Shown one piece after another: positions 18,421 through 27,451 of a stretch of 64,000 bases of DNA; position 1 is the first letter of the stretch; every line of letters starts with the position of its first letter. This stretch comes from an uncultured Gemmatimonadales bacterium. Lineage in GTDB: Bacteria; Gemmatimonadota; Gemmatimonadetes; Gemmatimonadales; Gemmatimonadaceae. The stretch spans positions 736,001 through 800,000 of the forward strand of contig CAWKMU010000003.1 of NCBI GenBank assembly GCA_963850905.1. The letters are read 5' to 3'. A program made the position numbers and the translations under genes. The notes beneath the pieces are model-generated. The model saw only the letters and a list, made by a program, of their open reading frames with translations, searched no databases and was not told the origin of the DNA.

Positions 18421-18582
18421 AAACATCCAGGCTCGGGCACGGTATAACCCATTGGCCGCACTCTCCCGAGGCCCTTCGGGGCCTGTTGGAGGCCGCCTGG
18501 GCAAGTCGGCGACGGGCCGAGTTACGTTTCGGTGCAACCGGTGCGCAAGCCCTTCGCGCCTGGGAGCACACTTGGAGGACAC

Positions 18583-18792
18583 ATGCGCAAGCCACGTCCG
18601 AATACATACAATCCCGCCCAGGCTCTGCATCTCATCGCCAGTGACCGCACGGGGTCGCCGCTGAGCTGTCCGTCGTGCTCCGGGCCAATCGAGCGCGATC
18701 CCAACCGTGTGCCGCCTCCGCCGAAGTGCCACGTGACGCTGCGTTGCACGCGCTGCGGTCGCTTCGCACGCTATATCGCGGGAGCCGCGTAG
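18583..18792 (+). CDS. Small zinc-binding hypothetical protein (69 aa)
   Basis: GGAGG Shine-Dalgarno; CPSC...CTRC pairs. Confidence 0.7.
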   Translation: MRKPRPNTYNPAQALHLIASDRTGSPLSCPSCSGPIERDPNRVPPPPKCHVTLRCTRCGRFARYIAGAA

Positions 18793-18876
18793 CGCACGCT
18801 TCCGGACATGCGGAGCGCCACGCGCGCGCGCCGTCCTCCAATGTGCACGCAGAATGTACACATACAGAACAACACA

Positions 18877-18910
18877 GAGGGCCAGTCGCGACCGACCGCG
18901 ACTGGCCCTC
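18877..18910. terminator. GAGGGCCAG-family hairpin
   Basis: GAGGGCCAGTCGCG-ACCGAC-CGCGACTGGCCCTC, a perfect 14-bp stem. Confidence 0.6.
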
Positions 18911-19174
18911 CGTGTTGTTGCAGTACCCGTCACCCCGCCGCTCGCTTTGCCAGCGAGCCGTAGCACATTCACTCCGATGCGCATCGCCTCGCGAGCATGG
19001 CCGAGTCCGCCGCGATCTGCGTTCTACTCTCTGAGTCTCTACCTGCTCCGGCGCGTGGCACTGGTGCCGTGCACAGAATTTGCGGGCCTGCAGCACAGCT
19101 TCTGTACAGTTGCCGCTCGGCCCCGTTTATCTTGCCATCCCTGTAGTTCGTTGAGTGAGTTGTTGTTCGTTTTA

Positions 19175-19198
19175 GTAGGGGCGACGCATGCGTCGCCC
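19175..19198 (+). repeat. Solitary GTAG-REP in the csp leader
   Basis: GTAGGGGCGACGCATGCGTCGCCC. Confidence 0.8.
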
Positions 19199-19251
19199 GC
19201 TTAGTTCGCGAAGCATCACAGTTAGCCCCGGTCGGGGGAGAGGGCGTTGCA

Positions 19252-19461
19252 ATGGCACGGCTACAAGGCACCGTGAAGTGGTTCAATGATGCGAAGGGCT
19301 ATGGATTCATCTCCCGCGAGGGCGGACCGGATGTCTTCGTGCACTTCAGTGCAATCCAAGGCAGCGGGTTCAAGTCGCTTGCCGAGGGTGACCGCGTCGA
19401 ATTCGAAATCGTTCAGGGCCAGAAGGGCCCACAAGCGTCCGACGTGACGAAGCAAGGGTAA
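19252..19461 (+). CDS. cspA: Cold-shock protein
   Basis: [24 protein letters not shown] and GQKGPQA. The exact csp paralogue cannot be assigned. Confidence 0.95.
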   Translation: MARLQGTVKWFNDAKGYGFISREGGPDVFVHFSAIQGSGFKSLAEGDRVEFEIVQGQKGPQASDVTKQG

Positions 19462-19496
19462 ACGAGGCCGCAAGCATCAACACGACAAAGAAACAC

Positions 19497-19538
19497 CGAG
19501 GGCTAGTGACAGCACTGCGTCACTAGCCCTCGACTTTT
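19497..19538 (+). terminator. Intrinsic terminator of csp
   Basis: CGAGGGCTAGTGAC-loop-GTCACTAGCCCTCG followed by ACTTTT. Confidence 0.75.
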
Positions 19539-19564
19539 CCTATATCGGCTCGTTCGCTATCAAG

Positions 19565-19957
19565 TCACGCCGCGACGCAGGACTTCCCGGTCACGAGCGG
19601 CAACTCGATTTGCGAACGTTGTCCGTCACGCGCGATGCCGCGGACATCGTCCGCCGGACGGCGAAGCGTGTCCATATCGAGGGCCGCCATGTGCGCGTCC
19701 GCATCGGCCTCGCCCGACTCTCCGCCCGCTGGGTCCGGGCCCGCCTCGCTCTCCCCCAGCTGCAGCGTCTGGTGGTAGAAGCGCAGCGCCTGAATGGGTG
19801 CTCGGAGACTCGACGGACTCGCTCGACTGATCGCGATCGCCTCCTCGCGCACCTGACGCGGGAGTGAGCGAGCGAGTGGATGCGCCAACAGCCGGTGGAT
19901 CGCAATCGCGTCGTGGGCGAGCAACGCCGTGCACAACTCCTCGAGATATGCCAGCAT
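19565..19957 (-). CDS. Hypothetical protein
   Basis: 130-aa ORF with GGAGG Shine-Dalgarno and a globular-looking N-terminus (MLAYLEELCTALL..). Confidence 0.65.
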   Translation of the reverse strand: MLAYLEELCTALLAHDAIAIHRLLAHPLARSLPRQVREEAIAISRASPSSLRAPIQALRFYHQTLQLGESEAGPDPAGGESGEADADAHMAALDMDTLRRPADDVRGIARDGQRSQIELPLVTGKSCVAA

Positions 19958-20104
19958 GCGACGCCTCCACCGGGCTTATGAGTACACCTTGCAGCTTCAA
20001 GCCGCCGACCCGCAAGTCTACGCGGGTAGCGAGACAGGGACGTTACAGGGCTCGGTCGAGTCACGCCGTTCCCCGCGGACTGTGATCGATTGGACACGGC
20101 GAAA

Positions 20105-20800
20105 CTACAGCAGGGTTCGTTCCCCCCCAAACACCCTACGTCTACGCCCGTATCTTCGTTTAGGCGCGTACCGGAATAATTGGGCCGGCCGGCCGCGCCC
20201 ATCCCGACGCCATTCGTCAGTCCCTTCGACCATCGCGGCCGACTCGAGAGACCGCCGAAAACTGGCCTTGTGCAGCTTCTGCCCCAGCAGGATCTCGTAG
20301 ATCCGCTGGAGCTCGCTCAGTGTAAACGTACTCGGCAGCATGCGAAATGCGACGGGGGTGTAGTCGACGCGCTCCCGCACAACTGTCAGTGCGGCCGCTA
20401 CAATCGCGCGCTGCCGCGGCGCGAGCGGCGGAAGCTCCGCCACCGGAAACCACACCGCGTCACCCCCAGCCGACGACAACGTCCCCACCGGTACCGCGCC
20501 GACGAACGCAACCGACAAGTCGACTTCCGACGGGTGGCGCCGACCATCGGCAAACGCCCCGACCTGCTCGAGCCACAACGGCGCCGCCGGCAACGCCGAC
20601 CGCGCCACCCGCAACGCCACGTCATCGAGCGTCACCTCCGACGCCCGCGCCACACTCCACGGCATCGCCCAGCGCTCCAGAGCCCCCTCAGGCGAGCGCT
20701 GAAGCAACACCGCCAGATGCCGGTCAAGCGGAGTCAGCAGTACGACATCGACGGAATAACCGGAGCGGCGCGGCGCCGCCGACGCGACGCGATCGGGCAC
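20105..20800 (-). CDS. NrtR-like Nudix plus winged-helix transcriptional regulator
   Basis: SVDVVLLT, a degenerate Nudix box, LEQVGAF...RHP and FTLSELQRIYEILLG..LHKASFRR..GRPAQLFRY. Confidence 0.88.
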   Translation of the reverse strand: MPDRVASAAPRRSGYSVDVVLLTPLDRHLAVLLQRSPEGALERWAMPWSVARASEVTLDDVALRVARSALPAAPLWLEQVGAFADGRRHPSEVDLSVAFVGAVPVGTLSSAGGDAVWFPVAELPPLAPRQRAIVAAALTVVRERVDYTPVAFRMLPSTFTLSELQRIYEILLGQKLHKASFRRSLESAAMVEGTDEWRRDGRGRPAQLFRYAPKRRYGRRRRVFGGERTLL

Positions 20801-20888
20801 GTGGGGCAGTTAGTGGCAGAGCGAGACTAAAGTCAAGGTGGGCCTGAACTGCGGGGTCAGGGGAACGACGGCTGCGACCGCAAGAAAA

Positions 20889-21026
20889 GGGCGGCCTGAA
20901 GGCCGCCCCTACATGTTGCTGCACACGGTGCTGGTTTCGAACTCGTCGACATGCTCATCGATCGTCGGGGACGCTCCGAAAGGTGACCATTCACGCCGAC
21001 ATGTAGGGGCGGGCTTCAGCCCGCCC
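20889..21026. repeat. Inverted pair of a second GTAG-REP family (GTAGGGGCGGSCTTCAGSCCGCCC)
   Basis: Minus copy at 20889-20912 and plus copy at 21003-21026, both preceded by ACAT; a third copy lies at 50563. Confidence 0.8.
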
Positions 21027-21065
21027 GTCCTTTTAGCCGTTTGCCGATGCCGTGCCCCCGATCCC

Positions 21066-21344
21066 CTAGCTCTTCATCCTCGACTGCCACCGCTTCAGGT
21101 ACTTCGCGACCTCTACGTTGTTCGTCGCGATCTCCACGAGCACCGCCAGCGCGCGCTGCGGGTCCCGGTCAATCGCCTCGGCGACAATGGGCGGCGCGTG
21201 ACCAATGCGCCGCACCGGATCGGCCCGGCGCTCCACGAGCAGCGAGGCGCGCACCTCGGCGTCATCCGAATCGGACGTCGATTCGATGGCGACATAGCCA
21301 CCGCCTGGCAGCGGACGCCGATATAGCGGTCGAGGGACTCTCAT
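21066..21344 (-). CDS. Hypothetical protein (92 aa)
   Basis: MRVPRPLYRRPLPGGGYVAIE..LLVERRADP.RR.GH.PP; directly downstream of the NlpC gene. Confidence 0.65.
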   Translation of the reverse strand: MRVPRPLYRRPLPGGGYVAIESTSDSDDAEVRASLLVERRADPVRRIGHAPPIVAEAIDRDPQRALAVLVEIATNNVEVAKYLKRWQSRMKS

Positions 21345-21348
21345 CGGG

Positions 21349-21972
21349 TCACCATTGGGCGTTCGGGCCAGCAATGAAGGAGAAGGTTGGCTCAGCCCCT
21401 GGCAGGTAAGCCACCCCCTGCGCGGGCAGCACACGCCGCACCGCGATGAGCCGCTGATTGAACCACGTGCGATGCCCGCGCGGGCCGCCGGTCAGCCGAT
21501 CGATCCGCACGTGATGGTTGGTGCTCGAGGCATGAATGATCGAGTCGCCGCCCATGTAGATCGCAATGTGCTGCGCACCATGTCCGCCCCAGAAGAAGAG
21601 CAGATCCCCCTGCTCGAGCGAGTCGCCAGGAAGTGGCGCCTCGCCCATCGCCGCCTGCTCGTGCGCTGTACGAGGAAGAACCACGCCATGAAGGGCAAAC
21701 ACATACCGGACAAACCCTGAACAGTCGAACGCGCGCGGTGTCGTACCGCCCAACCGATACGGAGCGCCGAGGAACTGGCGCGCACTCCGGACAATGTCAG
21801 GGCCCTCCACCACCGCCCGCGTCGCCGCCACATGCAATGCAGGGGCGTGCGCAGCCGCGGCGACAGACGCGCTGCCGTCCCGCCGTCCCTGCGCGCTCGC
21901 AGTGCTCCCAGTCCCGGCCAGCACACCCGCGAGCAGCCCCAATGCACCCGCACGTACGAGGATGGAGTACAT
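21349..21972 (-). CDS. NlpC/P60 (C40) cell-wall peptidase
   Basis: Signal peptide, ARQFLGAPYRLGG..FDCSGFV, LPRTA..Q, GDLLFF and HIAIYMG..IIHASS. Confidence 0.92.
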   Translation of the reverse strand: MYSILVRAGALGLLAGVLAGTGSTASAQGRRDGSASVAAAAHAPALHVAATRAVVEGPDIVRSARQFLGAPYRLGGTTPRAFDCSGFVRYVFALHGVVLPRTAHEQAAMGEAPLPGDSLEQGDLLFFWGGHGAQHIAIYMGGDSIIHASSTNHHVRIDRLTGGPRGHRTWFNQRLIAVRRVLPAQGVAYLPGAEPTFSFIAGPNAQW

Positions 21973-22011
21973 CTGGAGAAGGACGAGTTACGGGGCCGGG
22001 GGTAACGGAGG

Positions 22012-22268
22012 GCTAAACGGAGGGGTCAAGGACCAGGGGCCTGGGGTCAGGGACCAGGGCTCAGGGGTCAGGGGAACTCGAAAAGCCGGCCACGTCGCAC
22101 TGTGACCGGCCTCGGACCGGTAGGGGCGACACATTGCGTCGCCCGCCGTAAGGGCCCGGCCAACGAAACCGGCCAAGGACCGGTAGGGGCGACGCGTTGC
22201 GTCGCCCGTCGTTGTCGTCGCGGTTGTTGTTCCCTGGCCCCTGACCCCTGAACCCCGACCCCTGACCT
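22012..22268. repeat. Composite element with two tandem GTAG-REPs (22120, 22183)
   Basis: GGGGTCA-like arm, GCCGG hairpin, two GGACCGGTAGGGGCGAC cores, GTT-rich tail and TGACCCC arm. Confidence 0.85.
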
Positions 22269-24081
22269 ACCTGGCCGCCAACCCTTGCCCCGCCCCAAAG
22301 CCCCCGATCGAGACCGGCAACCGCCCGACAATGCTATTCACTCCCGCGAGCGCGTCAGCCGCCGCCACCTGCGAAACCGGGAGACCACCCCACGCCACCA
22401 GGTACGTCGGGATCGCGGGGACCTGCGTGAGGAAGTAGGGGTTGCCGAACGCGATCACGACGGGTCGCGTGTGGCGAGTCGCCAGTTGCGTGACGAAGCT
22501 CGTGATCAGCGCCGGAGCATTCAGGGTCGTTGCATGGTCGCTCTGCCCAATGTACACGCCGACGACGGTCACGGCAGCCGAATCCGCCTCCTCCAGCACG
22601 CGCAATGGCTTGTCGCCCGGGTCATCAGCATCAATGAATTCCATGCGCGTGTCCCGGAAGCTCTTCCGCAGCTCCGTCGCGAAGGCCACCCCCGCCGCCA
22701 GGTCGGGGCGATGCGCGATCGTCACGCTCAACACGCGCGCGCTAAGCGGAATCGTCAACGGCACCGAGTGGAGCGAATCCTTCACGAGCGTGATGGATCG
22801 ATTGGCGACCGTCTGCGCAAACGCCTTGTTGGCCGAGTCACCGACGACGGCGCGTACTGAATCCACGTCGACGAGGCGGTGCCGATCGAGACCCATCGCC
22901 GCCTTGAGATCGAGGATGCGCTTGACCGCGCTGTCGACCCGGCCCTCGGAGTAGCGGCGCTCCGTGACCCCCGCCACGATCGCGTCGATCGCCTGGTCGA
23001 CATCGACCACCTGGATCAACACATCGGCACCGGCCGCGACGGCACCCTTGATGGACTCGTCGGTGCCGAAGTGGTCCAGGAGCGCACGCATGTCCATGGC
23101 GTCGGACACGACGAGCCCCGAGAAGCCCAGCTGGTGCCGCAGGAGACCGGTGAGAACGGGGCTCGACAACGTGCCGGGCGTGCCCGTCGAATCGAGCGCG
23201 GGCATGGAGCCATGAAACGTCATCATGGCTCCGACGTGCGACGCAATCGCCGCCTCGAACGGGACCAGCTCGACGCTGTCGAGCCGCGCCCGCGACGCAC
23301 TGACGACGGGCAGGCCCAGATGCGAGTTGACGTCCGTGTCGCCGTGCCCGGGGAAATGCTTCCCCGTCGCGATCATCCCGTGTTCCTGGACGCCGCGTAT
23401 GAACGCGCGCCCGAACGCCGCGACCATACGCGGGTCTTCCCCGTACGACCGGGTGTTGATGACCGGGTTATTCGGATTGTTGTTGACGTCGAGAACCGGC
23501 GCAAAGTCGATGTGGATCCCGAGTGCGCGTCCCTCGATCGCCGTGATCCGACCTTCCTCGTACGCCAACGACGTGTCCCCCGTCGCCCCAAAAGCCATCT
23601 GTGGCGGAAACACCGTCGCCCCACCCAGATCAATCGCGTTGGGGACGAAGTACCCGCCGCGCGCGCGCATCCCGGCCCCGTACTCGAGGTCGCTCGATAC
23701 GAGCAGCGGGAGCGGCGCGAGGCGCTGCAGCGCGTTGAGCTTGAGCGCGATCTCGTCGGGCGACCCGACTGACATCAGGAGCCCGCCGACGCCATCGTCT
23801 GCCACCGCGTGCCTCAGCCTTCGCCACGCCAGCGCATCGGTCGTGACATAGTCACCGAACAGGTTGGGCCACACCATCTGCGCCGCCTTCTGCCGCAGCG
23901 TCAGCGTCGCCAGCACGGAGTCGGACCAGCCCGCGCGAGGCGGCCGCGCGAGAGCGGTCGGCCCCCCGACCGGCGTCGGTGGCGTACCGGGTCCTTTGTG
24001 GTGGCTGGTGCATGCCGCAGGTGCGAGTGCCGTCAGAGCGGCGAGGCCCGCACAGGTGACTCTCGAGCGACCCTGTCGCAT
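22267..24081 (-). CDS. Glycoside hydrolase family 3 beta-N-acetylhexosaminidase (probable lipoprotein)
   Basis: SSDLEYGAG, APVLDVNNNP.NP.INTRSYGEDP, KHFPGHGDTDVNSH and VVSDAMDM. Start uncertain. Confidence 0.92.
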   Translation of the reverse strand: MRQGRSRVTCAGLAALTALAPAACTSHHKGPGTPPTPVGGPTALARPPRAGWSDSVLATLTLRQKAAQMVWPNLFGDYVTTDALAWRRLRHAVADDGVGGLLMSVGSPDEIALKLNALQRLAPLPLLVSSDLEYGAGMRARGGYFVPNAIDLGGATVFPPQMAFGATGDTSLAYEEGRITAIEGRALGIHIDFAPVLDVNNNPNNPVINTRSYGEDPRMVAAFGRAFIRGVQEHGMIATGKHFPGHGDTDVNSHLGLPVVSASRARLDSVELVPFEAAIASHVGAMMTFHGSMPALDSTGTPGTLSSPVLTGLLRHQLGFSGLVVSDAMDMRALLDHFGTDESIKGAVAAGADVLIQVVDVDQAIDAIVAGVTERRYSEGRVDSAVKRILDLKAAMGLDRHRLVDVDSVRAVVGDSANKAFAQTVANRSITLVKDSLHSVPLTIPLSARVLSVTIAHRPDLAAGVAFATELRKSFRDTRMEFIDADDPGDKPLRVLEEADSAAVTVVGVYIGQSDHATTLNAPALITSFVTQLATRHTRPVVIAFGNPYFLTQVPAIPTYLVAWGGLPVSQVAAADALAGVNSIVGRLPVSIGGFGAGQGLAAR

Positions 24082-24271
24082 CGAGCTCACGAACGTCCGT
24101 CTCAAACGCATATCAGGTAAAGGACGGCTCACGCGCCAATAGGAGACAAAATTCCGCTCCACCTCAACTGGTGTCTCCTCTCTCCTTCCAGCGCCGGCCA
24201 ACCGCCCGCCGCACCTCGTCGCCCATCGAGGTTGTTTTCCAAGGTCCAACGTCTAGCGTCTAACGCTTCGC

Positions 24272-24550
24272 TTACCAGTTGATCGTGCCTTGCTTCGATG
24301 TGTCCACATCCTCTTCGTGACCGGTCTTGAAGAGGAACGCCTCGAGATTCTTCGTCAGAAACGCGCGCGCCTGCGGATCCATCACGTTGAGGCCATAGTG
24401 ATTGATGAGCATGGTCTGCTGGCGGACCCACTGGGCCCAGCAATCCTGACAGATCTCGCCCACGATCCGGGCACCAATCGGGCCAGGGAACGGCGCACGC
24501 GCAAACGCCGCACGCGTCTGGCCGCAGCGGGAGCAGGTGATGTCAGACAT
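24272..24550 (-). CDS. yggX: Oxidative-damage protection / Fe(II)-trafficking protein
   Basis: PFPGPIGARI...ICQDCWAQW..QQTMLINHYGLN..DPQARAFL. Confidence 0.88.
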   Translation of the reverse strand: MSDITCSRCGQTRAAFARAPFPGPIGARIVGEICQDCWAQWVRQQTMLINHYGLNVMDPQARAFLTKNLEAFLFKTGHEEDVDTSKQGTINW

Positions 24551-24593
24551 GCGGATGAAAGGTAGCGGCTCGTGATGAGTAGGGCGCGGAGAC

Positions 24594-24762
24594 TGAACGG
24601 CGGGGCCAAGGGTCAGGGGCCAGGGATCGGGGAACAAAATCGAAAGGCCGGTCACAGTGCATAGTGACCGGCCTTGGACCGGTAGGGGCGACGCATTGCG
24701 TCGCCCGTTGTTGTCGTTGCGGTTGTCGTTCCCTGACCCCTGACCCCTGACCCCGCCGTTCA
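24594..24762. repeat. Complete composite element with TGAACGGCGGGG...CCCCGCCGTTCA termini, hairpin and GTAG-REP (24682)
   Basis: Perfect 12-bp terminal inverted repeat; the right end contains the desaturase stop codon. Confidence 0.9.
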
Positions 24763-25509
24763 CGCCCTCGCGTACTTCACCTTCGCCAACCGGATCCAAG
24801 ACAGCAGTTTGATGTACACCCACCCGATGTCGAACTCGTACCACTTCGCGGCGAACTTGGCAGAGTGGGGGTCGGCGTGGTGGTTGTTGTGCAGTTCCTC
24901 ACCACCGAGCCAGATCGCCACGGGCGAGATGTTCCGACTCTCGTCTTTGACCTCGAAGTTCCGGTAGCCGAGCGCGTGCCCGACGCCGTTGATGATCCCC
25001 GCCGCCCAGAACGGGATCCAGATCATCTGGATGCCCCACACCAGCGCGCCGACGAAGAAACCAAACAGGTAGAGGTCGATCGCCAACATCAGAAAGATGC
25101 CCAGGACGTTGCGCGGCTCGAGCAGGTGCCGCTCCAGCCAGTCATTGGGTGTTCCCTTGCCGTACTTCTCGAGGATGCCCGGTTGGCGAACCGCGTTGCG
25201 GTAGTAGAAAGCGCCCTTGATCACGATGTTGCGCAAGCCTTCGATCAGTGGACTGTGCGGGTCCCCCTCGCGATCTGCATAGGCGTGGTGCTTTCGATGG
25301 CACGCCACCCACTCCTTTGTCACGATCGACGTCGTCAGCCACAGCCAAATGCGCATCGGCACGGCGGCGACGGAGTGAAACACGACGCTGCGATGCGTCT
25401 GCGCCCGATGCAGGAAGAGCGTCACGCACACGTTGGTGAAGTGACCCGCCACCAGCACGAACAGCACGGGAATCCACCAATGTGACGCCCAACTGCCGAA
25501 TCCCGGCAT
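24760..25509 (-). CDS. Acyl-CoA (delta-9-like) fatty acid desaturase
   Basis: His boxes LHRAQTHR, HRKHH...DPHSP and GEELHNNHH; FDIGW. Confidence 0.92.
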   Translation of the reverse strand: MPGFGSWASHWWIPVLFVLVAGHFTNVCVTLFLHRAQTHRSVVFHSVAAVPMRIWLWLTTSIVTKEWVACHRKHHAYADREGDPHSPLIEGLRNIVIKGAFYYRNAVRQPGILEKYGKGTPNDWLERHLLEPRNVLGIFLMLAIDLYLFGFFVGALVWGIQMIWIPFWAAGIINGVGHALGYRNFEVKDESRNISPVAIWLGGEELHNNHHADPHSAKFAAKWYEFDIGWVYIKLLSWIRLAKVKYARA

Positions 25510-25689
25510 GTCAGTTACTCCAAAGTGAGTCACGCTGTGAGCTACGCCACGCGCCAAGCCGACACGAGCGTGCCGGCCGACGCATACATAAAACATACAC
25601 GGTCCCGGCAGCGATTGCACGGCGCCCGTGACCCCTTCGACGCCCAAATACCAGACGACTGAACCGCGTCGCCAAGCACGCCGACGCCG

Positions 25690-27186
25690 TCAGTCGATCT
25701 CGAGGGGCCGGGGGTCCCGCGTCAGCTCGTCGACCACGAGGACGGCGTGCGCGTTGGTGTCCGCGACACACACCGCACGATGGACGGGGTCGTACGCAAT
25801 ACCGCCGGGCTCATGCAGACCACGCAACCAGGTGTCAACGCGCCGCGTGACCGGATCGACCCACTTCACCGCGTCGTTGTAGGAGTCCGCCACGAGCAGC
25901 CGGCCGCTCGGATGCGCGGCGATGCCCTGCGGATGTTGTAATCGGACGGCATCGCCGACACCGTCCTTGTCACCAAAATCGAACAGTCCCGTCCCGACGA
26001 TCGTGTGCACCTCGCCGACCGCGCGCCCCGCGCGCCGCTCGTCGGGGATGAAGGAGCGTGCCGCGCTCGATTCCGCGTCCACGAAATAGAGTCGGTCCCC
26101 ATCGCTCGCCGTCGTGATGCCCATGGGTTGCGCCAACAGCGCGTCACCCGCGGGGCCATCCGTGATGTCTTCGGCGCCCGTGCCCGCGGCGACCTCCGCG
26201 CCGGCGTGCGCTTCCTCACCACGCAGCGCCCAGAGCTGGTGAGTGCCCGCCATCGCGATGTACACCGTCCCGTCGAGCACGGCGACATCCCACGGGGATG
26301 ACAGCGCGCCGGCCCCCCGCTCCCGACGCGTGCGCAACTGGTGCCCCGTCCCGGCGACGGTCCGCACGACTCCCGCACTGATATCGATCGCGCGCACGGC
26401 GTGATTCTCGGTGTCCGCCACGAACACGGTGTCCCCCACAAAGGCGAGACCGTTCGGCGAGAAGAACCGCGGCGCAGCGCCGTCGACGAGGCCAGGCACG
26501 CCGTCGCCAAACGCGCGCGCATCCGTCAATCGCCACCCCCGGTTCTCATCTCCGGGCGTGAGCCGGCCAACGAGCACGCGATGATGCCCAGTGTCGGCGA
26601 TCGCCATCCGCTCACCCGACACGGTGACCTTGCCGGGGTATCGCAACATGCCGGGCGGGATCGCGCTGTCATCGAGCGGGAACGTGACCGGCACGCGGCT
26701 CTCGTCCAGCCCGACGGGTTCCGCGCTGATCAACCGTTCGATCAGTGGCTCCAGCATGGCGGCCGTGAACTCGCCCGCATGCGCGCCGAGCACTCTGCCC
26801 GCGGGGTCGATCAGCACTAGTGTGGGCCAGGCACGCACCGCGAACGCACGCCAGATACGGTACTGTCGGTCGTTGACGACGGGATGCGCGAGATCAAGTC
26901 GTCGCACCGCTTCGCGGATGCGAGGGGTCTCACGCTCCGTGATGTACTTCCCGCTGTGTACGCCGATCACCGCGACGTCCTGCGGGAACTTGTGCTCGAG
27001 CTCCCGCAACTGCGGGAGTACGTGCAGACAGTTGATTCAGCCGTACGTCCAGAAGTCGAGCAGGACGACTCTGCCCCGGAACTCATCCAACGTGAGCGCT
27101 CGTCCGCCCGTATTTATCCAGTCGACGTTTGTCGGAAACGGTGGAGCGCGGACGGCTGGCGTCGTCAGGATGTCATCAGCAGCCAT
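25690..27186 (-). CDS. Thioredoxin-domain plus NHL-repeat protein with in-frame UGA at codon 50 (candidate selenocysteine, UxxC)
   Basis: ORFs 27037-27186 and 25690-27036 are in the same frame: [51 protein letters not shown], then NHL repeats ([33 protein letters not shown]). Confidence 0.85.
26993..27026 (-). promoter_or_regulatory. Candidate bacterial SECIS hairpin
   Basis: mRNA UGCACGUA-CUCCCGC-AGUU-GCGGGAG-CUCGAGCA: a 7-bp upper stem, a 4-nt loop with G in the second position, and the loop 25 nt after the UGA. Confidence 0.65.
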
Positions 27187-27451
27187 AGTGAAAAGATACA
27201 GCCCTGGACGGCTGGCGGCCCCAGAGCCTTTCGTCCACATCGCGAGGATCGCAGAAATTGACGAGGTGGCCCGGGCGCGTCCGTCGCTGGCATCACACGC
27301 CCGCGACGCGCAGCGCCCTGACGGCTGTCTGGCTTGGTCGTCGCAGTAGAGATCGCCGCGTGACGATGTTTCTTTAAGGTCTGTCCTGTGCCTTCCCCCC
27401 GCCCTCCCCTCATCTCGCTCCTTTCTCCGGCGCGCCGCGCCCGCGACCGCC

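Noticed and set aside
19055..19075. Sigma54 promoter (TGGCAC) upstream of csp, and similar TGGCAC sites near 2090 and 4920
   Set aside because: The required TTGC at the -12 position is absent.
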